Assembly (NCBI RefSeq): GCF_963921235.1
Contig: NC_086097.1
Coordinates: 13,454,001-13,518,000, forward strand
Direction: 5' to 3'
DNA from: Mobula hypostoma
Taxonomy: Eukaryota
Length of the DNA stretch: 64,000 bases
Shown: one piece after another, positions 38,843 to 50,610 of the stretch
Numbering within the stretch: the stretch's first letter is position 1
How the letters are laid out: the number at the start of each line of letters is the position of its first letter
Made by a program: the position numbers and the translations under genes
Notes under the pieces: generated by a model
Seen by the model: the letters and a program-made list of their open reading frames with translations, nothing else
Database searches by the model: none
Told to the model about the DNA's origin: nothing

Positions 38843-39740
38843 TTATTTAAACTAGCTGGCCAGCTGCTAAGGAGCTACTCTATTGCAGACATTCCACCTC
38901 TCCCGGAAGTTCCGGGAGTCTCCCGCAAACTGATGGTGCTACCTCCCTGAAATGAGTTTTTGCGGGGTGGGATGTCTGCAGCTATCAACATTTTTATTGC
39001 ATGAGGTGCACAGAAATTTTGGACAAGAATTGTGAAATCACTTTGCACAAAATACAAAGCACAGAAATAAGTTTTTCAGCAAAACAGCTGACCCTGATAC
39101 TTCATGTGAGCCGCGTCACCTCATCATCTTTCACAAGAGAATATGATACTGTGAAATAAGGGGAGGGATATTGTTGATGCACAATATCCATTGCTCCCTT
39201 AAAGCAGCTGCACAGGTTAATGGGCTGGTGATGGAGGCAAATGGCGAGCTTGCTTCGATTCATCAAGACATTGAGTTCAACTGTCAGGAAGTTAACTTGT
39301 ATCTTTATGAAACTCTGGTTAGACTGCATCTGGAGTATTCATTTCGGGTCACACCATTGTAGGAAGGCTGTGGAAGGTTTGGAGATGTTTATCAGGATGC
39401 TGCCTGGATTAGAGAGCCTGTGCTATAGCACAGAGTGGACATTCTTGGGTTCTTTTCCCTGGAGCAGCAAAGGCTAGCAGAAGACCTAACAGAAGTTAAT
39501 AAAGTTTGAAAAGCATAGACAGAGTAGACATCTGAGTCTTCAGGATCAAAATGTCTAATACAGACGGGTGTATATTTAAGATGAGCAGAGGATAAGTTCC
39601 AAAGAGATATGCTGAGCAAGTTCCTTACACATAATGGTGTTTGTCTGGAATGCACTGCCATAGTAGAGGCAAATACAACAGGAACACTTAAAAGGCTCTT
39701 AAGATCATAAGATATTGGAGTTGGCCCTTCAAGTCTTTGA

Positions 39741-39864
39741 GTCAAATGGCCTGCATCAACAACATGAGGAATATGAGAAATAATATTAAAGGCTTTCATA
39801 ACATCATTCCTCAGGATTTTATTTTACATAGAACTTAGAAACCAAGAGGCACATATTTGACCAA
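39741..39864 (+). repeat. 124-bp direct repeat, copy 1 (copy 2 at 40450-40573)
   Basis: Manual alignment gives 5 mismatches in 124 nt. Confidence 0.9.
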
Positions 39865-40091
39865 TCTCCTGCCTTCTCCTCATATACTTCCATGTCCCAA
39901 CTAATCAAGAATCTATCAACTTCTGCCTTAAATGTACCCTATGATTTGGCCTCCACAGCCATCTGTGGCAATGAATTCCATAGATTCACCACTCTCCGGC
40001 TAAAGAAATTCCTCCTCGTCTCAGTTCTAAATGGATGCCTCCCTATTCTATGGCTGTTCCTTTAGGACTTAAACTCCCCCAACATAGGAAG

Positions 40092-40150
40092 CATCCTCTC
40101 CACATCCTCTCCACATCCTCTTCACATCCTCTTCACATGCTCTCCACATC
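40092..40150. repeat. 11-bp minisatellite (CATCCTCTCCA)x~5 within a CR1 3' fragment
   Basis: Directly visible tandem units inside the minus-strand CR1 fragment at about 39865-40235. Confidence 0.85.
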
Positions 40151-40449
40151 TATCCTTTCAACATTCAAAAGCTTTCAATGAGATCTCCCTTCATCCTTCT
40201 GAATTCCAGTGAGTACAGGCCCAGAGCCACCAAATAGACACATGACTGTGCAGAGAGAGACTAGGGGTACATGGACGTTTTCAAGCAGAAGGATTAGTTT
40301 AGTTAGGCACCTAGTTACAAGTTTAATTAATTTAGCATAGCATAGTGGGCCAAAAGGCCTGTCCCTGTGCTGTACTGTTCTAAGTTCTAGGTTCTGAGAT
40401 CTATATGAAATGATGAAATTGCAAAATGGAGCTGTCATGGACTCGCTGG

Positions 40450-40573
40450 GTCAAATGGCCTGCTTCAACAACATAAGGAATATGAGAAATAATATTAAAG
40501 GCCTTCATAACATCATTCCTCAGGATTTTATTTTACATAGAACATAAAAACCAAGAGGCACATATTTGACCAA
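40450..40573 (+). repeat. 124-bp direct repeat, copy 2
   Basis: Matches 39741-39864. Confidence 0.9.
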
Positions 40574-40949
40574 GTAATTGCATACCAGTTAGGGTATTGA
40601 ACTGGTGAGGAAGATGTGGACTTTTATTGAAAGAAAGAAATTTAAATCCACTATAGCAGGTGGAGAATTCAAGCACATGTAATTAAATAAATCTGGAATA
40701 AAAATTTTCCTTCATTGATGTTGACCAAGAAACAACCAGATTGTCATGAAAACCTACCTGATTCATTCAGGCAGGTCAGGGAAGGACCACCTGCTTTTCT
40801 TGCCCATTCTGTTCTCCAGGTGATCTCAGACCTACAGCGTTACAGTTGGCTCTTAACTACTTCTCTACAGAACAACCATGGGCAGTATATGATGGCCTAG
40901 CCAGTAACAGCCACGTCCAGTGACAAAGTAAAACTAGACTCCTGTTTTT

Positions 40950-42360
40950 ACTCATTAACTGGCTGATGTGTTCACTGAGGTCTCTCACCTCTCACTTTGA
41001 CAATCCGAGGTACTCACCTGCTTCAAGCAGGCTTCAATTATACCAGTGACAAATAAGAACATCGTAATGCACTTCAAAGACTGTCTGCCAGCAATGACAG
41101 TGATTAAGTGTTTTGAGAGGTTGATGATGAAACATATCAAGTCCTGTCTGAATCCACTCCAGTTTGCCTACTGGCACAACAGGTCAACAGCAGATGCCAT
41201 TTCATTGGCTCTTCATTCAACACTGGATCATCTGGACAGCAATACTATCATCCCCTCAAAATTAATCAATAAGCTTCAAGACTTTGGCATCAATACTTCC
41301 TTGTTCAATTGGATCCAAGGTTTCCTGCCATGCAGACCCCAGTGTCTGGATTGACAACAACATCTCCTCTGTGATCTCCGTCAGCACAGGCAGACCACAA
41401 GGCTGTGCGCTTAGCCCCCTGCTCTACTCATTTTACACTTCTGACCGTGAGGCTAAGCAGAGCTCCAATACCATATTTAAGTTTGCTGACAACACCACTG
41501 TCACTAGCTGAATTAACATTGGTGGTAAAGAATCGGTATATAGGAGGGGGATTGAAAATCTGGCTGAGTCGTTCCACAACAACAACCTCCCACTCAATAT
41601 CAGCAGGACCAAAGGGCTGTTTATTGACTTCAGGAGGAGAAAACCAGAAGTCCATGAGCCAGTCTTCGTCAGGAGATCAGAGGTGGAGAGGGTCAGCAAC
41701 TTTAAATTCCTCAGCTTTATAACTTTGGAGGACCTGTCTTGGACCCAGCATGTAACTGTGATTATGGAGAGAGCACGGCAACACCTCTATTTCCATCCTG
41801 GGCGCAACATATTGAGCTTGAGGAAACTAGGTATGTTACAAAAGAATCGAGCAAATTTCGACAGATGTTCCATGGAGAGCACTCTAATTGGTTGCATCAC
41901 TGTCCGGTATGTAGCGTACACTGCACAGGATTGGAAAAAGCTGCAGAAAGTTGTAAAATTTCCATCGTGGGCATTAGCCTTCCCATGATTGAGGAAAATC
42001 GTCAAAAGCCAATACTTCAGGCAGGTGGCATCCATCATTAATGACCTGCATCACCCAGCACATGCCCTCTTCTCATTGCTACCATCAAGGAAGAAGTACA
42101 GACACATACTCAACACTTTTAGAACATCTTCCTCCCTTCCGCCATCAGATTTCTCAATGGACGAATTTTTTCTTTTTTTTTTAATTCCTTTTTGCACTAC
42201 TTACTTAATATACAGCATAGTTATTTTATATATATGTATATATATCACTAAGACTTTTGTAAAGTACTGTTGTAATTTTATCTATTGCACTGTACTGCTG
42301 ACACAAAAAAAACAAATTTCATGGCATATGTGAGTGATGATAAACCTGATTCTGATTTGG
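40950..42360 (+). mobile_element. Rex1/Babar LINE, RT domain to 3' end (pseudogene)
   Basis: KCFERL, PLQFAY..NRSTADAI, GRPQGCALSPLLYS, KFADNTT, ERVSNFKFL and ALFSLLPS motifs across frameshifted ORFs 41046-42333. Confidence 0.9.
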
Positions 42361-42696
42361 GTCTATTGTGCACTGAGACTGGGAAGGAGGCAGGGAGAGG
42401 GAGCCATGGTTGGGAAAAGGAGAAGGGGGAAGGGGAGGGAGCTGGAAGCACCAGACAGACATTCTGTAATAATCAATAAACCAATTGATTAAAATCAAAT
42501 GATATTGCCAGGTGTCTCAGAGCTGAGTGTGTCTGCAACTACGTTACACCCGCCACTGGAACTCCTTTTCTGCCAGCTTTCCCACTCCCCTCCCATAGTC
42601 CTCCTCCCTCACCATGCCCAACGGCCTATGCTCCTGCCAGATTTACAAACTCTCTCTCCACTCCACGTTGGCAAATACAGAGCTATGCAAAAGGCA

Positions 42697-42795
42697 GTAC
42701 CTGATGAAGGGTCTCGGCCCGAAACATTGATGGTTTACTCTTTTCCATAGATGCTGCCTGGCCTGCTGAGTTCATCCAGCATTTTGTGTTTGTAG
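42697..42795 (+). mobile_element. PLE-derived short repeat with degenerate hammerhead core
   Basis: CTGATGAAGGGTCTCGGCCCGAAACATTGA followed by CCATAGATGCTGCCTGGCCTGCTGAG. Confidence 0.75.
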
Positions 42796-43170
42796 CTGCA
42801 CATGAGGTTTGGTAAGGACAAATACGCCAACATTCCTTGTTGCCTCTAATTATGATTTCTGTACATGAAAAACATTTACACGATTCACAAAGAAGTACTT
42901 GAGAAGGATCTGTATTGTTCAAACTGAATCTTCTGATGGCTACTTGTGCTGTTAACAGAAGGGGGCAGAACAAATAAAAAGCAGAACAGGGCTGTCACAG
43001 TGTCCTGGATGGTCGAACCAGCCACTGGTTCACCTTCCAGTGAGACTGGTTTGATCCTGATCTCCTGCTGTATTTTGTGTGGCGTTTGTTAGTTCTTCCT
43101 GTGACTGTGTGGGTTTACCATGGGTCCTCTGTCTAGCTCCTACATCCAAAACTAAGTGGGTTAGTAGGTT

Positions 43171-43388
43171 ACAAACAAGAGAAAATCTACAGATGCTGGA
43201 AATCTGAGCAACGCACACAAAATGCTGGAGGAACTCAGCAGACCAGGCAGCATCTATGAAAAAGGGTACAGTTGATATTTCGGGCAGGACTGCTGAAGGG
43301 TTTCGGCCCGAAATGTCGACTGCACTTTTTTCCATAGATACTGCCTGGCCTGCTGAGTTCCTCTAGCATTTTGTGTGTGTTGCTCAGG
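43171..43388. mobile_element. PLE-derived fold-back element inserted in a V-SINE
   Basis: Imperfect ~80-bp inverted arms (43204-43285, 43306-43388) around a CTGCTGAAGGG...CCCGAAA core; imperfect flanking duplication GTTAGTA(G/A)G.TA. Confidence 0.8.
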
Positions 43389-43631
43389 TTAGTAAGCTAA
43401 TTGACCATTGGAAATAACTCCTTGATGTAGGTCAATGGTTAAAAACCTAGGGGGCAGATGATTAGAAGGTCAGATTCGGACTCAGATTTATTTATCACAT
43501 ATACATCAAAACATAACATGAAATGTATCATTTGCATTAACAACCGACCTATCAAAGGATGTGTTGAAGACAGTCTGCAAGTGTTGGCACACATTCCGGC
43601 GCCGACATAAAATGCCCACAAATGTTCAGAA

Positions 43632-46600
43632 CACCATAAGACCATAAGATCATAAGGCATAGGAGCAGAATTAGGCAATTTGGTCATTGAGTCTGCTCTG
43701 TCATTTCATCATGGTCCTAATCAGCCCAAACATCCTGCATTCTCCCTGAATCCCTTCATGCCCTGGCCAATCAAGATTCTATCAACCTCTGCCTTAAATA
43801 TACATAAAGGCTTGGCATCCACAGCAGCCCGTGGCAAAGAATTCCACACATTTACCACTTACTGCCTAAAGAAATTCCTCCTTATCGCCATAATAAAAGG
43901 ATGCCCCTCTATGCTGAGGTTGTGTCTTCTAGTCTTAGACTCTCCCATCATAGGAAATATCCTCTCCACATCCACTCCATCAGGACATTTCACCACTCGA
44001 TAGCGTTTGAGGAGTGTTTGTTGGCTCTTGGACTGTATTCATTAGAGTATAGAAGAATGAGAGGGAATCTCATAGAAACATTTCGAATGTTGAAAGGGTT
44101 GGACAGAGTAGATGTGGAAAGGTTGTTTCCCTTGGTGGGTGAGTCCAGGACAAGAGGCCATAGTCTTAGAATTAGAGGGCACCCAGTTAAAACAGAGATG
44201 AAGAGAAATTTTTTTAGCCAGAGGGTCGTGGATTTGTGGAATCCGTTGCCACATATGGCTGTGGAGGTCCGATCATTGAGGGTGTTTAAGGAAGAGATTG
44301 GCAGGTATCTAATTAGTCAGGGTATCAAGGGATATGGGGAAAAAGCCGGAAATTGGAACTAGATGAGTGAATAGTTTAGCTCATGGGGGAGCTGCGGAGC
44401 AGACTCAATGGGCCGAATGGCCTACTTCTGCTCCTTTGTCTTGTGATAGGTTTCAATGAGGTCACCCCTTATTCTTCTGAATTCTAGTGAATACAGGCCC
44501 AGCACCATCAGATGCTCTTCACATGACAAGCCATTCAATCCTGGAATCATTTTTGTGATCCATCTTTGAAGCCTCTCCAGTTTCAGCACACCTTTTCCGA
44601 GATAACGGACCCAAAATTGCTTACAACTCTCCAAGTGAGGCCTCACCAGTCCTTTATAAAGTTTCAACATTACATCCTTGCTTTTATATTTTGTCATCTT
44701 GAAATGAATGCAAACATCACTTTTACCTTCCTCACCACAGACTAAACCTGCAAATTAACCTTTAGGAAATCATGCCCAAGGACTCCAAAGTCCCTTTGCA
44801 CCTCAGTTTTTTTTTGTATTTTCTCTCCATCTAGAAAATAGTCAACCCTTTCATTTCTTCTACCGAAGAGCATGACCATACACTTCCTAACACTGTATTC
44901 CATCTCATATTTCTTTGTCCATTCTTCTAATCTATTTAAGTCCTTCTGTAGCCTCTCTCAAAACTACCTGCCTTTTCACCTCTCTTCATATCGCCTGTAA
45001 ACTTTGCAACAAAGCCATCAATTCCATCATCCAAATCATTGACATATAACGTAAAAAGAATCGGTCCCAACACAGACCCCTGTGGAAAACCACTAGTCAC
45101 CGGCAGCCAGTCAAAAATGGCTGCCTTTATTCCCACTCTTTGTCTCCTGACAATCTGCTACTGTTCTTTCCATGCTAGAATCATTCCTGTATTACCATGG
45201 GCTCGTAGAATGTTAAGCATCCTCTCGTGTGGTACCTTGTCAAAGGCCTTCTGAAAATCTAAGTACACACCATCAACCAATTCTCCTTTGTCTATCCTAT
45301 GTTACTTTTTCAAAGAATTCCAACAGGTTTCTCAGGCAAGATTTTCCCTTGAGGAAACCAAGCTGTCTACAGCCTATTTTATCATGTGCCTCCAGATACC
45401 TTTGAAATCATCGTATATAATCGACTCCAAGATCTTCCTAACCACTGAAGACAAACTAACTGGGCTATAGTTTCCTTTCTTCTCATTCTCTCCCTTCTTG
45501 AATAGTGCAGTGACATTTGCAATTTTCCATTTATCTGGAACCGTTCCAGAATCTATTGATTCTTAAAAGCTCGTTATTAATGCCTCCACAATCTCTTCAG
45601 CCACCTCTTTCAGAACTCTGCGGTGTGCACCATCTGGTTCAGTGTCTTATCTGCCTTCAATCCTTTCAGCTTCCCAAGAAACTACTCTCTAGTTATGGTA
45701 ACTTCACACTGTTCATGACCTCTGACTCCTGTAACTTCCACCTTACTTCTAGTGTCTTCCACAGTTAAGACTGATGCACAATATTTATTCGGTTCATCCG
45801 CTATTTTGTTGTCCCCCATTACTACCTCTGTAGCATAATTTTCCAGAGGTTTGATATCCACTCTCACCTCTCTTTTTCACTTTATGTATCTGAATAAACC
45901 TCTGGTGTCCTCTTTAATATGATTGACTTGCTTACCTTTGGATTCCACCTTTACCTTCTTAATGACTTTTTTAGTTGCCTTCTGTTGATTTTTAATAGTT
46001 CCCTAACCTTCTAACTTCCCACTAGTTTTTGCTCCATTATATGCCCTCTCTTTGGCTTTTATGTTGGCTTTGACTTTCTTGTTAATCACGGTTGTCTCAT
46101 TTCTTCTTTAGAATACTTCAGCCTCTTTGGGATGTATCTATCCTGTGCCCTTTGAATTGCTTCCAAAAAATCCAGCCATAGCTGCTCTGCCATCATCCCT
46201 GCCAGTGTTCTTTTCCAATCAATTCTGGTCAAATCCCTGCTCATGCCTCAGGAATTCCCTTACTCCACTGTAATTCTGATACATCTGACTTCAGTTTCTC
46301 CTTCTCAAACTTCAGGGTGAATTTGATCATATTATGATCACTTTCCCCTAAGGATTATTTTACTTTAAGCTTTCTAATCAATTCTGTTTCATTGTTAGAC
46401 CCAATCCAGAATAGCTGATCTTTGAGTGTGCTCAACCATGAGATGCTCTAAAAAGCTGTCTCATAGGCACTCTAGAAATTCCCCCTCCTGCAATCCAGCA
46501 GCAACCTGATTTTCCAAATCTATCTGCACATTGAAGTCCTCCATGCCTATAGTAATACTGTCCTTATGTGCGTTTTCCATCTCCCGTTGTAATCTGTAGG

Positions 46601-46663
46601 CCACGTCCTAACTACAATTTGGGAGTCTGTATATAACTCTTATCAGGGTCCTTCTACCCTTGC
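43632..46663 (-). mobile_element. Long decayed CR1 LINE covering most of ORF2 (endonuclease remnant, RT, 3' tail)
   Basis: ORFs 45682-45867, 44936-45136 (GFPQGSVLGP, LYVNDLDDG) and 44422-44697; CATAAGAC tail. Confidence 0.9.
44004..44444 (+). mobile_element. Short CR1 insertion of the same family as 4011-5966
   Basis: Near-identical to about 5525-5966; GATAG TSD (43999-44003, 44445-44449). Confidence 0.9.
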
Positions 46664-47489
46664 TACAAAGTTAACAAATTTCATGACATAAAATTAACCT
46701 AATATTAAACCTGATTCTAATTCTGATTTATTTGAGCTCACATCATTAATTACACAGATTTCATATTGACCTCTTATATTTTCTTACTGTCTTCCTTTGT
46801 GTTACCTCTTTGATATCATCTGCAAATTGTTCTTGATCTGAGAATCTTATTAATTTGTTAAAAGCACAATTTGAGATACTGGTTGATTACAGTGGTCTGT
46901 ACACAGATAAGGAGTGGCACTTAATGTCTGGGTTTGAGACGCATACCTGTAAGCTGGAAAACAAATAAAATGTAGATATTGTGATCTGAAACAAAAACAA
47001 AAAGTGGTGGAAGGACTCCGCCAATCAAGAATCAAGCAGCATCTGTGGAATGAAAATCCTTCATCAAAACTGAGAACCCTCTAAGTTTCATGGTTTGGTA
47101 AATGAACGAGACAGGAAATATTTGTGAAAAGGCCTCCATCTCCAAGCTTGACAAGGCTGGCCTGGACAACTCCTGTCCCTCCTGTGGGCAGAAGCTAATG
47201 ATGTTTCTGGCCACTTAGGAATCAAAAGTTTGGAGATATGATGACACTTAAAGCAGCCTGCCTTCTCTTTTTAATGGAACTGTCGAAGCTGAAAGGTCAA
47301 TTTCTTGTGTGCCATGTCCCTCAGCAGAGGCTACTGTGTGGCTTTTTGAATGGTGACGTATACAACATGGAAACAGGATATTTGATCTATTACATCCACA
47401 CTGACTCGTAGGCACCAATCCATGTTCATCCCATCTTCTAACACTTGACTCCTTGCCTTCTGTGAGTTATAGGGAATCGAGCACTCATT

Positions 47490-48200
47490 TCAGAATCAGA
47501 AACAGGTTTCATATCACTCACATATGTTGTGAAATGTGTTGTTTTGTGGCAGCAGTACAGTGCAATACACAAAAATAAGTAACTATAAATTACAATAAGA
47601 AATATACTCTAAGTAAAATTTAGTAGTGCAAAAAAGAGCAAAAAAGAAAAAAATAGTGAGGTAGTGTACATGGGGTCATTGTTCATTCAGGAATCTGAAG
47701 GTGGAGGGGAAATGTTGAGCCTGTATAAATATAACCTTAAATATATGTAACCTCAACTAAATTGTAACCAGCCAGAGTGTTCTAAGTCAGAGTAACTCAG
47801 AATCAGAAACAGAATCTAATTTACTATCACTAGAATATGTCATGAAATATATTCTTTGGTAGCAGCAGTACATTGCAATACATAATAATAAAAAACTATA
47901 AACTACAATAAGACATTTTTTAAAAATAAAGTAAGTATTGCAAAAAGAGAGGAAAAATGTATTGAGGTAGTGTTCATGGGTTTATTGTCCGTGCACACAT
48001 CTGATGGCAGAGGGAAAGACGCTGTTCCTGAAGCATTGAATGTGTGTCTCCGGCTTCCTGTACCTCTTCCTTGATGGTAACAATGAGAACTGGGCATGTC
48101 CTGGGTGATGGGGGTCCTTAACGATGGATGCCACTTTTTTAGGGCATCACTCCTTGAAGATGTCTTGGATTCTGGGGAGGCTAATGCCCATGATGAAGCT
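47490..48200 (-). mobile_element. Rex1/Babar LINE 3' fragments
   Basis: (CAGAAT)n tails and the reverse complement of the Rex1 C-terminus. Confidence 0.7.
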
Positions 48201-48429
48201 GACTCATTAATCCTGATTAATGAAGACCAATATTCCATGTACCTTTGTCAGTATGTTATTTATCTGAGCTACCACCTTCAAGGATCTTTGGACTTGTTTA
48301 TCAAGATCCCTCAATTTTACCTGTTTGCCTTCCTGAAACTTGAAGTACTGAACTTGAAAGTATTATACTCCCTGTCACAAGAATGAACTCAATACACACC
48401 AGAAAGAAATTGTAGCCTCCCTTTGGCAT

Positions 48430-49040
48430 ATCGATACAGCTATAAATAAGGCAAGACAGCAGCTATATTTCATTAAGAGTTTGGGAAGATTTGATATGTC
48501 ACCAGATACACTTGTAAATATCTACAGATGTACTGTGGAGAGAGTTCTCACCAGCGGCATCACCATGTGGTACGGGTGGGGAGTACGGCTACCACACAGG
48601 GTCGAAGTAAGCTATAGATTTGGAAAATCAGTCAGCTCCATCCTGGGCACGAGTCTCCATCATATCCCGGACATCCTCAAGGAGCAGTGTCTAAGAAAGG
48701 CGGAGTCCATCATTAAGGACCCCAACCACCCAGGGTGCACCCACTTCTCATTGCTGCCATCAGGAAGGAGGTACAGGAGCCTGAATGCACACACTCAGTG
48801 AATCAGGAGCAGCTCTTCCCCTTTGCCATTTGATATTGAATCCATGAAAACTACTTTTTCTTCTTATTTTTTGTACTATATATTTAACTATTTTATATAT
48901 ATATATATATACCTATTGTAATTCAGTTTTCTTTTTTTCTCTGTTATTTTGTGTTATATTGTACTGCTGTTCCAATGGCAAGAAATTTCACAACATATTC
49001 CGGTGATATTAAACCTGATCCTAATTTTGATTCTGATTTT
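48430..49040 (+). mobile_element. Rex1/Babar LINE 3' fragment
   Basis: ORF 48481-48801 IYRCTVERVLTSGITMWYG...IIKDPNHPG..FSLLPSGRRYRSL. Confidence 0.85.
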
Positions 49041-49844
49041 GCCTGCATTGATAGCTCTGGAAGGGAAAGTGCATGGCATAAGTGCGCTACATCTAACTTT
49101 CACATTGGTGTGACAGTCACTGAGTTTTAAAACAGAAACTACTTCTTCCTCGTCTTTATTGACAATAACTCCTGCAGAGATTAAATACTATGAAAGCAGC
49201 ATGTTTTGAATAGAAAGTTCAATGAACCAAAGAGGTGGTTTGATGGTTGAAGAAGCAGTTTAATGTATGCTCTTACTAATAGTTGAAAAGCCCAGTTTCT
49301 GCACTCTGAGGTGGAATCTAGCAAAGGTGGATGGAACACGTAGGTCAAAGAAAATGTATAATGCATAATATTTAGTTTTCATGGCAGATTTTAGCTTGGG
49401 CTGCTTGTTTCTGCAAGTGCTCCATACAGAAGCAAAACCACCTGGTAGATGAAGGGAATAGAGGTCAAATTAAAACAGAGAAAGAAGCCCTATTACAATT
49501 GTCAGGTGGCAAACATGATATAAAATCGCCTATAGGTTTGTGGTGGAGAGTATATTGACTGGCTGCCTTGCAGCCTGGTATGGAAACACAGATGTCATTG
49601 AACAGAAAATCCTAAAAAAAAGTTGAATACGGCCCAGACCATCATGGGTAACGCCCTCCCGAACACTGAGCATATTGAATGCTGTCACAGGAAAACAGCA
49701 TCTGTCCTCAGCAACCCCCAGCACACAGGACATGCTCCCTTCTTGTTGCTGCCATCAGGAAGAAGGTACAGGAGCCTCAGGACGCACACCTATGGAATCA
49801 CTTTCAAGGACTCTTCATCTCATGTTCTTATTGCTTATTTATTT

Positions 49845-50610
49845 AGACAGTAGACAATAGACAATAGGTGCAGGAGTAGGCCATTCAGCCCTTCGAGCCA
49901 GCACCGCCATTCACTGTGATCATGGCTGATCATCCACAATCAGTATCCAGTTCCTGCCTTATCCCTATAACCTTTGATTCCACTATCTTTAAGAGCTCTA
50001 TCCATCTCTTTTTTGAAAGCATCCAGAGACTTTTCCTCCACTGCCTTCTGGGGCAGAGCATTCCATATATCCACCACTCTCTGGGTGAAAAAGTTTTTCC
50101 TCAACTCCGTTCTAAATGGCCTACCCCTTATTCTTAAACTGTGCCCTCTGGTTCTGCACTCACCCATCATTGGGAACATGCATTCTGCCTCCAGCGTGTC
50201 CAATCCCTTAATAATCTTATATGTTTCAATAAGATCTCCTCTCAGCCTTCTAAATTCCAGAGTATACAAGCCCAGTCACTCCAATCTTTCGACATATGAC
50301 AGTCCCGCCATCCCGGGAATTAACCTTGTGAACCTACACTGCATTCCCTCAAAAGCAAGAATGTCCTTCCTCAATTTGGAGACCAAAACTGCACACAGTA
50401 TTCCAGGTGTGGTCTCACCAGGGCCCTGTACAGCTGAAGAAGGACCTCTTTGCTCTTATACTCAATTCCCCTTGTTATGAAGGCCAGCATGCCATTAGCT
50501 TTCTTCATAGCCTGCTGTACCTGCATGCTTGCTTTCAGTGACTGATGAACAAGGACACCTAGATCTCATTGTACTTCCCCTTTTCCTAACTAGACTCCAT
50601 TTAGATAATA
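49845..50610 (-). mobile_element. CR1 LINE 3' fragment, same family as 3048-4010, inserted in a Rex1 3' UTR
   Basis: ORF 49940-50269 is nearly identical to 3140-3574; (TAGACAA)n tail; the Rex1 fragment at 49530-49840 resumes at about 50610. Confidence 0.9.

Larger units (their letters stand above)
38254..38978 (+). mobile_element. Non-autonomous hAT-like DNA transposon with BED zinc-finger remnant and 6-bp TSD
   Basis: TIRs CAGACATCCCACC / GGTGGGATGTCTG; TSD CAGCTA. Encodes ARCAVCNSDFSIAHGG..(frameshift)DCKRHVE followed by a GTGAGT donor. Confidence 0.8.
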
